64,000 bases of DNA from Eledone cirrhosa (Eukaryota): NCBI GenBank assembly GCA_964016885.1, contig OZ024763.1, forward strand, positions 4,340,001 through 4,404,000, in the 5' to 3' direction. The notes beneath the pieces are model-generated. The model saw only the letters and a list, made by a program, of their open reading frames with translations. It ran no database searches and was not told the DNA's origin. Made by a program: the position numbers and the translations under genes. Below are positions 51,827 to 64,000 of the stretch, piece by piece; the first letter of the stretch is position 1; each line of letters opens with the position of its first letter.

Positions 51827-54800
51827 CGAAGTTAGGCTTAAAAGTTCATAGGCTTACTATGAAGGAGTGATGCTAGAGCTATGAGATCTTGCATGTTGAA
51901 AAATAAACCTCATTTGGTCATTCCATGAGAGTATCTTGGTCAGCCTATGAAGGAGTGATGCTAGTGCTGTGAAATCTTGCATGTTGAAAAAATAACCTCA
52001 TTTGGTCATTCCATGAGAGTATCTTGGCCAGCCTATGAAGGAGTGATGCTAGAGCTGTAAAATCTTGTATGTTTGAAAAATAACCTCATTTGATCATTCC
52101 ATGAGAGTATCTTGGCCAGCCTATGAAGGAGGTATGCTAGAGCTATGAAATCTTGCATGTAGAAAAATAAACCTCATTTGGTCATTCCATGAGAGTATCT
52201 TGGTCAGCCTATGAAGGAGATATGCTAGCGCTGTGAAATCTTGCATGTTGAAAAATAAACTTCATTTGGTCATTCCATGAGAGTATCTTGGTCAGCCTAT
52301 GAAGGAGGTATGCTAGAGCTATGAAATCTTGCATGTAGAAAAATAAACCTCATTTGGTCATTCCATGAGAGTATCTTGGTCAGCCTATGAAGGAGTGATG
52401 CTAGAGCTGTGAAATCTTGCATGTTGAAAAAATAACCTCATTTGGTCATTCCATGAGAGTATCTTGGCCAGCCTATGAAGGAGTGATGCTAGAGCTGTAA
52501 AATCTTGTATGTTTGAAAAATAACCTCATTTGGTCATTCCATGAGAGTATCTTGGCCAGCCTATGAAGGAGTGATGCTAGAGCTGTGAAATCTTGCATGT
52601 TGAAAAATAAACCTCATTTGGTCATTCCATGAGAGTATCTTGGTCAGCCTATGAAGGAGTGATGCTAGGGCTGTGAAATCTTGCATGTTGAAAAATAAAC
52701 TTCAATTGGTCATTCCATGAAAGTATCTTGGTCAGCCTATGAAGGAGTGATGCTAGGGCTGTGAAATCTTGCATGTTGAAAATTAAACTTCATTTGGTCA
52801 TTCCATGAGAGAATGTGGTCAACCAAAGAAGGAGATATGCTAGAGCTATGAAATCTTGCATGTCGAAAAATAAACCTCCTTTGGTCATTCCATGAGAGTA
52901 TCTTGGTCAGCCTATGAAGGAGTGGTGCTAGGGCTGTGAAATCTTGCATGTTGAAAAATAAACTTCATTTGGTCATTCTATGAAAGTATTTGGTCAGCTT
53001 ATGAAGGAGTGATGCTAGGGCTGTGAAATCTTGCATGTTGGAAAAATAAGCTCATTTGGTCATTCCATGAGAGTATCTTGGCCAGTCTATGAAGGAGTGA
53101 TGCTAGAGCTGTGAAATCTTGCATGTTGAAAATTAAACTTCATTTGGTCATTCCATGAGAGAATGTGGTCAGCCAAAGAAGGAGATATGCTAGAGCTATG
53201 AAATCTTGCATGTGGAAAAATAAAGCTCATTTGGTCATTCCATGAGAGTATCTTGGTTAGCCTATGAAGGAGTGATGCTAGAGCTGTGAAATCTTTCATG
53301 TTGAAAAATAAACCTCATTTGTTCATTCCATGAGAATATCTTGGCCAGCCTATGATGGAGTGATGCTAGAGCTGTGAAATCTTGCATGTTGGAAAAATAG
53401 CCTCATTTGGTCATTCCATGAGAGTATCTTGGCCAGTCTATGAAGGAGTGATGCTAGAGCTGTGAAATCTTGCATGTTGAAAAATAAACCTCCTTTGGTC
53501 ATTCCATGAGAGTATCTTGGTCAGCCTATGAAGGAGTGATGCTAGGGCTGTGAAATCTTGCATGTTGAAAAATAAACTTCATTTGGTCATTCCATGAAAG
53601 TATCTCGGTCAGACTATGAAGGAGTGATGCTAGAGCTGTGAAATCTTGCATGTTGAAAATTAAACTTCATTTGGTCATTCCATGAGAGAATGTGGTCATC
53701 CAAAGAAGGAGATATGCTAGAGCTATGAAATCTTGCATGTGGAAAAATAAACCTCATTTGGTCATTCCATGAGATTAAATTGGTCAGCCTATGAAGGAGT
53801 GATGCTAGGACTGTGAAATCTTGCATATTTCAAAATAAACTTCATTTGGTCATTCTATGAGAGTATCTTGGTCAGCCTATGAAGGAGTGATGCTAGGGCT
53901 GTGAAATCTTGCATGTTGAAAAATAGACCTCATTTGGTCATTCCATGAGAGTATCTTGGTCAGCCTATGAAGGAGTGATGCTAGAGCTGTGAAATCTTGC
54001 ATATTTCAAAATAAACTTCATTTGGTCATTCTATGAGAGTATCTTGGTCAGCCTATGAAGGAGTGATGCTAGGGCTATGAAATCTTGCATGTTGAAAAAT
54101 AAACCTCATTTGGTCATTCCATGAGAGTATCTTGGTCAGCCTATGAAGGAGTGATGCTAGGGCTGTGAAATCTTGCATGTTTAAAAATAAACTTCATTTG
54201 GTCATTCCATGAGAATATCTTGGTCAGCCTATGAAGGAGATATGCTAGAGCTATGAAATCTTGCATGTGGAAAAATAAACCTCATTTGGTCATTCCATGA
54301 GAGTATCTTGGCCAGCCTATGAAGGAGAGATGCTAGCGCTGTGAAATCTTGCATGTTGAAAAATAAACCTCATTTGGTCATTCCATGAGAGTATCTTGGC
54401 CAGCCTATGAAGGAGTGATGCTAGGGCCGTGAAATCTTGCATGTTGAAAAATAAACCTCATTTGGTCATTCCATGAGAATATCTTGGTCAGCCTATGAAG
54501 GAGTGATGCTAGGGCTGTGAAATCTTGCATGTTGAAAAATAAACTTCAATTGGTCATTCCATGAAAGTATCTTGGTCAGCCTATGAAGGAGTGATGCTAG
54601 GGCTGTGAAATCTTGCATGTTGAAAATTAAACTTCATTTGGTCATTCCATGAGAGAATGTTGTCAACCAAAGAAGGAGATATGCTAGAGCTATGAAATCT
54701 TGCATGTCGAAAAATAAACCTCATTTGGTCATTCCATGAGAGTATCTTGGTTAGCCTATGAAGGAGTGATGCTAGAGCTGTGAAATCTTGCATGTTGAAA

Positions 54801-57800
54801 AATAAACCTCATTTGTTCATTCCATGAGAGTATCTTGGCCAGCCTATGAAGGAGTGATGCTAGAGCTGTGAAATCTTGCATGTTGGAAAAATAACCTCAT
54901 TTGGTCATTCCATGAGAGTATCTTGGCCAGTCTATGAAGGAGTGGTGCTAGAGCTGTGAAATCTTGCATGTTGAAAAATAAACCTCCTTTGGTCATTCCA
55001 TGAGATTATCTTGGTCAGCCTATGAAGGAGTGATGCTAGGGCTGTGAAATCTTGCATGTTGAAAAATAAACTTCATTTGGTCATTCCATGAAAGTATCTC
55101 GGTCAGCCTATGAAGGAGTGATGCTAGAGCTGTGAAATCTTGCATGTTGAAAATTAAACTTCATTTGGTCATTCCATGAGAGAATGTGGTCAGCCAAAGA
55201 AGGAGATATGCTAGAGCTATGAAATCTTGCATGTCGAAAAATAAACTTCATTTGGTCATTCCATGAGATTAACTTGGTCAGCCTATGAAGGCGTGATGCT
55301 AGGGCTGTGAAATCTTGCATATTTCAAAATAAACTTCATTTGGTCATTCTATGAGAGTATCTTGGTCAGCCTATGAAGGATTGATGCTAGGGCTGTGAAA
55401 TCTTGCATGTTGAAAAATAAACCTCATTTGGTCATTCCATGAGAGTATCTTAGTCAGCCTATGAAGGAGTGATGCTAGAGCTGTGAAATCTTGCATATTT
55501 CAAAATAAACTTCATTTGGTCATTCTATGAGAGTATCTTGGTCAGCCTATGAAGGAGTGATGCTAGGGCTGTGAAATCTTGCATGTTGAAATATAAAACT
55601 CATTTGGTCATTCCATGAGAGTATCTTGGTCAACCTATGAAGGAGATATGCTAGAGCTATGAAATCTTGCATGTGGAAAAATAAACCTCATTTGGTCATT
55701 CCATGAGAGTATCTTGGCCAGCCTATGAAGGAGAGATGCTAGAGCTGTGAAATCTTGCATGTTGGATAATAAACCTCATTTGGTCATTCCATGAAAGTAT
55801 CTTGGTCAGCCTATGAAGGAGTGATGCTAGAGCTGTGCAGTCTTGCATGTTGGAAAATAAATCTCATTTGGTCATTCCTTGAGAGTATCTTGGTCAGCCT
55901 ACGAAGGAGTGATGCTAGAGCTGTGAAATCTTGAATGTTGAAAAATAAACTTCATTTGGTAATTCCATGAGAGTATCTTGCTCAGCCTATGAAGGTGTGA
56001 TGCTAGAGCTGTGAAATCTTGCATGTTGAAAAATAAATCTAATTGGCTCATTCCATGAGAGTATCTTGGTCAGCCTATGAAGGAGTGATGCTAGAGCTGT
56101 GAAATCTTGCCTGCTGAAAAATAAATCTAATTGGGTCTTTCCATGAGAGTATCTTGGTCAGCCTATGAAGGAGAGATGCTAGAGCTGTGCAATCTTGCAT
56201 GTTGGAAAATAAACCTCATTTGGTCTTTCCATGAGATTAACTTGGTCAGCCTATGAAGGAGAGATGCTAGAGCTGTGGAATCTTGCATGTTGAAAGATAA
56301 ACCTCATTTGGTCATTCCATGAGAGTATCTTGCTCAGCCTATGAAGGAGTGATGCTAGGGTTGTGTAATCTTGCATGTGTAAAAATAAACCTCATTTAGT
56401 CATTTCATGAGAGTATCTTGGTCAGCCTATGAAGGAGATATGCTAGAGCTGTGCAATCTTGCATGTTGGAAAATAAACCTCATTTGGTCTTTCCATGAGA
56501 TTAACTTGGTCAGCCTATGAAGGAGTGATTCTAGAGCTGTGGAATCTTGCATGTGGAAAAATAAACCTCATTTAGTCATTTCATGAGAGTATCTTGGTCA
56601 GCCTATGAAGGAGATGTGCTAGAGCTGTGCAATCTTGCATGTTGGAAAATAAACCTCATTTGGTCTTTCCATGAGATTAACTTGGTCAGCCTATGAAGGA
56701 GTGATGCTAGGGCTGTGCAATCTTGCATGTGGAAAAATAAACCTCATTTAGTCATTTCATGAGAGTATCTTGGTCAGCCTATGAAGGAGATATGCTAGAG
56801 CTGTGCAATCTTGCATGTTGGAAAATAAACCTCATTTGGTCTTTCCATGAGATTAACTTGGTCAGCCTATGAAGGAGTGATGCTAGAGCTGTGAAATCTT
56901 GCATGTTGAAAAATAAATCTCATTTGGTCATTCCTTGAGAGTATCTTGGCTAGCCTATGAAGGAGTGATGCTAGGGCTGTGCAATCTTTTATGTTGAAAA
57001 ATAAGCCTCATTTTGTCATTCTATGAGAGTATGTTGGCCAGCTTATGAAGGTGTGATGCTAGAGCTGTGAAATCTTGCATGTTGAAAAATAAATCTCATT
57101 TCGTCATTCCATGAGAGTATCTTGGTCAGCCTATGAAGGAGAGATGCTAGAGCTGTGAAATCTTGCATGTTGGATAATAAACCTCATTTGGTCATTCCAT
57201 GAAGTATCTTGGTCAGCCTATGAAGGAGTGATGCTAGAGCTGTGCAGTTTTGCATGTTGGAAAATAAATCTCATTTGGTCATTCCTTGAGAGTATCTTGG
57301 TCAGCCTACGAAGGAGTGATGCTAGAGCTGTGAAATCTTGAATGTTGAAAAATAAACTTCATTTGGTAATTCCATGAGAGTATCTTGCTCAGCCTATGAA
57401 GGAGTGATGCTAGAGCTGTGAAATCTTGCATGTTGAAAAATAAATCTAATTGGCTCATTCCATGAGAGTATCTTGGTCAGCCTATGAAGGAGTGATGCTA
57501 GGGCTGTGAAATCTTGCATGTTGAAAATTAAACTTCATTTGGTCATTCCATGAGAGAATGTTGTCAACCAAAGAAGGAGATATGCTAGAGCTATGAAATC
57601 TTGCATGTCGAAAAATAAACCTCATTTGGTCATTCCATGAGAGTATCTTGGTTAGCCTATGAAGGAGTGATGCTAGAGCTGTGAAATCTTGCATGTTGAA
57701 AAATAAACCTCATTTGTTCATTCCATGAGAGTATCTTGGCCAGCCTATGAAGGAGTGATGCTAGAGCTGTGAAATCTTGCATGTTGGAAAAATAACCTCA

Positions 57801-60800
57801 TTTGGTCATTCCATGAGAGTATCTTGGCCAGTCTATGAAGGAGTGGTGCTAGAGCTGTGAAATCTTGCATGTTGAAAAATAAACCTCCTTTGGTCATTCC
57901 ATGAGATTATCTTGGTCAGCCTATGAAGGAGTGATGCTAGGGCTGTGAAATCTTGCATGTTGAAAAATAAACTTCATTTGGTCATTCCATGAAAGTATCT
58001 CGGTCAGCCTATGAAGGAGTGATGCTAGAGCTGTGAAATCTTGCATGTTGAAAATTAAACTTCATTTGGTCATTCCATGAGAGAATGTGGTCAGCCAAAG
58101 AAGGAGATATGCTAGAGCTATGAAATCTTGCATGTCGAAAAATAAACTTCATTTGGTCATTCCATGAGATTAACTTGGTCAGCCTATGAAGGCGTGATGC
58201 TAGGGCTGTGAAATCTTGCATATTTCAAAATAAACTTCATTTGGTCATTCTATGAGAGTATCTTGGTCAGCCTATGAAGGATTGATGCTAGGGCTGTGAA
58301 ATCTTGCATGTTGAAAAATAAACCTCATTTGGTCATTCCATGAGAGTATCTTAGTCAGCCTATGAAGGAGTGATGCTAGAGCTGTGAAATCTTGCATATT
58401 TCAAAATAAACTTCATTTGGTCATTCTATGAGAGTATCTTGGTCAGCCTATGAAGGAGTGATGCTAGGGCTGTGAAATCTTGCATGTTGAAATATAAAAC
58501 TCATTTGGTCATTCCATGAGAGTATCTTGGTCAACCTATGAAGGAGATATGCTAGAGCTATGAAATCTTGCATGTGGAAAAATAAACCTCATTTGGTCAT
58601 TCCATGAGAGTATCTTGGCCAGCCTATGAAGGAGAGATGCTAGAGCTGTGAAATCTTGCATGTTGGATAATAAACCTCATTTGGTCATTCCATGAAAGTA
58701 TCTTGGTCAGCCTATGAAGGAGTGATGCTAGAGCTGTGCAGTCTTGCATGTTGGAAAATAAATCTCATTTGGTCATTCCTTGAGAGTATCTTGGTCAGCC
58801 TACGAAGGAGTGATGCTAGAGCTGTGAAATCTTGAATGTTGAAAAATAAACTTCATTTGGTAATTCCATGAGAGTATCTTGCTCAGCCTATGAAGGTGTG
58901 ATGCTAGAGCTGTGAAATCTTGCATGTTGAAAAATAAATCTAATTGGCTCATTCCATGAGAGTATCTTGGTCAGCCTATGAAGGAGTGATGCTAGAGCTG
59001 TGAAATCTTGCCTGCTGAAAAATAAATCTAATTGGGTCTTTCCATGAGAGTATCTTGGTCAGCCTATGAAGGAGAGATGCTAGAGCTGTGCAATCTTGCA
59101 TGTTGGAAAATAAACCTCATTTGGTCTTTCCATGAGATTAACTTGGTCAGCCTATGAAGGAGAGATGCTAGAGCTGTGGAATCTTGCATGTTGAAAGATA
59201 AACCTCATTTGGTCATTCCATGAGAGTATCTTGCTCAGCCTATGAAGGAGTGATGCTAGGGTTGTGTAATCTTGCATGTGTAAAAATAAACCTCATTTAG
59301 TCATTTCATGAGAGTATCTTGGTCAGCCTATGAAGGAGATATGCTAGAGCTGTGCAATCTTGCATGTTGGAAAATAAACCTCATTTGGTCTTTCCATGAG
59401 ATTAACTTGGTCAGCCTATGAAGGAGTGATTCTAGAGCTGTGGAATCTTGCATGTGGAAAAATAAACCTCATTTAGTCATTTCATGAGAGTATCTTGGTC
59501 AGCCTATGAAGGAGATGTGCTAGAGCTGTGCAATCTTGCATGTTGGAAAATAAACCTCATTTGGTCTTTCCATGAGATTAACTTGGTCAGCCTATGAAGG
59601 AGTGATGCTAGGGCTGTGCAATCTTGCATGTGGAAAAATAAACCTCATTTAGTCATTTCATGAGAGTATCTTGGTCAGCCTATGAAGGAGATATGCTAGA
59701 GCTGTGCAATCTTGCATGTTGGAAAATAAACCTCATTTGGTCTTTCCATGAGATTAACTTGGTCAGCCTATGAAGGAGTGATGCTAGAGCTGTGAAATCT
59801 TGCATGTTGAAAAATAAATCTCATTTGGTCATTCCTTGAGAGTATCTTGGCTAGCCTATGAAGGAGTGATGCTAGGGCTGTGCAATCTTTTATGTTGAAA
59901 AATAAGCCTCATTTTGTCATTCTATGAGAGTATGTTGGCCAGCTTATGAAGGTGTGATGCTAGAGCTGTGAAATCTTGCATGTTGAAAAATAAATCTCAT
60001 TTCGTCATTCCATGAGAGTATCTTGGTCAGCCTATGAAGGAGAGATGCTAGAGCTGTGAAATCTTGCATGTTGGATAATAAACCTCATTTGGTCATTCCA
60101 TGAAGTATCTTGGTCAGCCTATGAAGGAGTGATGCTAGAGCTGTGCAGTTTTGCATGTTGGAAAATAAATCTCATTTGGTCATTCCTTGAGAGTATCTTG
60201 GTCAGCCTACGAAGGAGTGATGCTAGAGCTGTGAAATCTTGAATGTTGAAAAATAAACTTCATTTGGTAATTCCATGAGAGTATCTTGCTCAGCCTATGA
60301 AGGAGTGATGCTAGAGCTGTGAAATCTTGCATGTTGAAAAATAAATCTAATTGGCTCATTCCATGAGAGTATCTTGGTCAGCCTATGAAGGAGTGATGCT
60401 AGAGCTGTGAAATCTTGCCTGTTGAAAAATAAATCTAATTGGGTCATTCCATGAGAGTATCTTGGTCAGCCTATGAAGGAGAGATGCTAGAGCTGTGCAA
60501 TCTTGCATGTTGGAAAAATAAACCTCATTTGGTCTTTCCATGAGATTAACTTGGTCAGCCTATGAAGGAGAGATGCTAGAGCTGTGGAATCTTGTATGTT
60601 GAAAAATAAACCTCATTTCGTCATTCCATGAGTGTATATTGGTCAGACAATGAAGGAGTGATGCTAGAGCTGTGCAATCTTGCATGTGGAAAAATAAACC
60701 TCATTTAGTAATTTCATGAGAGTATCTTGGTCAGCCTATGAAGGAGATATGCTAGAGCTGTGCAATCTTGCATGTTGGAAAATAAACCTCATTTGGTCTT

Positions 60801-61267
60801 TCCACGAGATTAACTTGGTCAGCCTATGAAGGAGTGATGCTAGAGCTGTGGAATCTTGCATGTGGAAAAATAAACCTCATTTAGTCATTTCATGAGAGTA
60901 TCTTAGTCAGCCTATGAAGGAGATATGCTAGAGCTGTGCAATCTTGCATGTTGGAAAATAAACCTCATTTGGTCTTTCCATGAGATTAACTTGGTCAGCC
61001 TATGAAGGAGTGATGCTAGAGCTGTGCAATCTTGCATGTGGAAAAATAAACCTCATTTAGTCATTTCATGAGAGTATCTTGGTCAGCCTATGAAGGAGAT
61101 ATGCTAGAGCTGTGCAATCTTGCATGTTGGAAAATAAACCTCATTTGGTCTTTCCATGAGATTAACTTGGTCAGCCTATGAAGGAGTGATGCTAGAGCTG
61201 TGCAATCTTGCATGTGGAAAAATAAACCTCATTTAGTCATTTCATGAGAGTATCTTGGTCAGCCTAT

Positions 61268-61629
<362 letters not shown>

Positions 61630-64000
61630 TATTGCTTCTACTATCATATTCATAAAATCCCACTCTTTAATTTTCTATGCAAATAGCACAGAAAACTACC
61701 CTCCACCATCTCACACCCTACTCCCCCCTTCCATTATGGCCCCTCCCTTCATCCCCCATATTCCCCCTCTACCCCATCATCCTCTATGCCCCCCCCCACC
61801 CCTCACTCTGTCCTATACATATTTAATAGTTTCATTCACTAACATGACATTTGAAATTCACTGCACAATATTAATGTCTATATAAACATTGAATTGTTTT
61901 TTCCATCACAACACCTGTGTCTCTGTGTGTGTCTATGTCAGTGTGTGTGTATTCATGAGTGTGGGAATGTGTGTGTGTCAGTGTGTATCTGCCACTTGTG
62001 ACTGGTTTTCTAGCAGAATAGCTTAGCATATTTCACAATATATATATATATATATGAAAAGATGGCATGCTGCGTGGCTGCAAATCTTTTCATATATTTA
62101 TATATTTTCCTCCGCTGTGACCTGTCTTTTTCTTTCTTACTGCTTCCCCTTTCTCTGTATCTCTCACTTTCTTTTAACACTCTCTACCAGTCACTCTCTC
62201 AGTTAGCCTCTTCCTCACACTTTCACTCACTCACTCTCTGCTACTCCCTCTCCATTACTTCCTCCCGTTTGACCTGTGTGAAATCCTTTTCTCGCTCACA
62301 TTTCACCCAGGTTGGATGGTCTTTATCTCTCGTCTACGATTTCACAGAACTTATGTTCATCGATTTCAGGGACTTGACTCCTTCTTCCTTACTTTTCGTT
62401 GCATTACCATCTTTGTTTGTTTACGGTCTCGCTCGTTTCACCCTATTTACGTGTCCCAACGACTTTCTTTAGCCGTTACTCGCACCAACCAGAGGTAAAT
62501 GGTCTTTAAAGCGATGAAATACCAATGAAGGCTGGAAGATCACTGATGAAGGACTAAATTTATTCATATATATATATATATATATATATATAATCATCAT
62601 TATCATCACCAATTTACATCCATTCTTCCACGCTAGCATGGGTTAGATGGGTTGTGCTGTAGTGGGCAATGCCATGTGAGGTGGCCTCGTCTTGTTCATA
62701 TGGAACTGATTTTGGCTGGGTTTTTACAGCTGGATGCCCTTCCTAACACCAACCTCATTTACAGTGAGTACTGGGTGTTTTTTTTACCGTGGCACCTATA
62801 CGATATATGTATATATATACACACACATACATATACACACTTATATATATATATATATATATACACGATCGTGTAGGTGTCACGACAAAAAAACACACAG
62901 TCCACGCTGTAATGTGGCCGTGTAGGCAACACGGTAAAAACCTCCCAGACCCACACTGTAAATGTGGTTGGTGTTAGGAAGGGCATCCAACTGTAGAAAA
63001 CCCGCCAGACAGTCCTATGCGAGCAAGACAATCACTCTTGCCTCAAGTGGGACTACCCCCGTCCAAACCCATGCAAGCGTGGAACACGGACGTTAAACGT
63101 TGATGATGATGATGATGATGATGATGACACACACACATAATAAACAAAAACATTAAGCTCTTTTTACAGTTTGGATGAGCCAAACATACAAACCTTTTGA
63201 ATAACTGTCACAATCAATGATATTAAATTTGTGTATGTGTATGTGTGTGTAGATAAATTCTGACTGTGTTGAACAATAAATTTATGTTAGTATTTTTCTT
63301 GTCTTTGGCGTATCTTATTAAAAAGATATATAAAATAAATATAAATTGTAAGGTGGCAATTGAATCCATGTCTGTTTTATTGACACGTTAATTTACTGCC
63401 TGGTCAGAAGCTTTTTTACTTCTTATTGTCACAATAGATTCTCTATTTCTATAGAATGACAAAGTTTGTTTTGTTTTTCTTTTTAAACTGTTAATATTTC
63501 TATGTGAAGTTACTTGACCAGTGGTTAAGGTGTTGGAGGTCTTGATTGTAAAGTCTCAGGTTCAAACCCTGGTCATGTGTCTTTCAGTGAGGCACTTTAT
63601 ATCACATTGCTCCAGTTCACAGCTAAAATAAAGGAGTACCAGTACCAGCCTCAGCCCCAGCCCCAACAGCGGCAACCATTGAGAGTTAGCTCTACTATCA
63701 ACTGCCATCCCAAGGGGTGAAGGTATTCTTCTATTCTCAGTTACTTAACACCGATGAAACCAGGATAAGCTCCATGCTTTTTCACAGCCATGGAATTTTG
63801 GAAGAATAGATGTCAAATGAGACCTCTAACTCTAACACATATCTCTATTGTATACATCTGGCTTCATTCACCATATGGCCATTAATTGACTCATTTTTGA
63901 GGATATTTTAAAGGTTTCATCCCGTAATTTTTCATTTTGTGATCTAAAGCAGTGATTCTCAGTGACCCTGGTCACATTCCTCTCCTACTTGTGCACCCAG

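Larger units (their letters stand above)
38584..61267. repeat. 88-bp mariner-derived satellite, ~225 monomers in 8 alternately oriented blocks
   Basis: Monomer atgaaggagtgatgctagagctgtgaaatcttgcatgttgaaaaataaacctcatttggtcattccatgagagtatcttggtcagcct. Blocks: rev 38584-38884, fwd 39465-41962, rev 42189-43014, fwd 43524-45575, rev 45573-46982, fwd 47492-50161, rev 50390-51303, fwd 51827-61267. Confidence 0.97.

Noticed and set aside
45596-58221. Repeated 70-aa ORFs (MQDFTALASLLHRLTK...)
   Set aside because: They arise where a single variant removes a stop in the satellite monomer; no domain similarity is recognisable.
62055-62560. 136-aa ORF and ctgatgaagg motifs suggesting a Penelope-like terminal region
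   Set aside because: The ORF is low-complexity (CT-rich) and the ribozyme-like motif is truncated; evidence is too weak for a call.

Overview
AT-rich, repeat-dense eukaryotic DNA. The SINE, RTE and mariner repeats and the long (TA)n tracts resemble an octopus-type cephalopod genome; this is inference from repeat content only. The only host gene I can support is the 3' end of an atypical protein kinase C (aPKC, PRKCI/PRKCZ-like), as three + strand coding exons (21439-21518, 23944-24149, 24869-24956). No preceding kinase exon is recognisable in the upstream 21 kb. The rest is tRNA-derived SINEs, RTE and L1/Tx1 LINE fragments, MITEs, microsatellites and many young minisatellites. The most striking structure is a ~23 kb array (38584-61625) of about 225 copies of an 88-bp monomer built from the two ends of a mariner transposon. 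The array repeatedly reverses orientation at two kinds of palindromic junction, and the loops of both kinds occur in both orientations (flip/flop), as in hairpin-primed concatemers.
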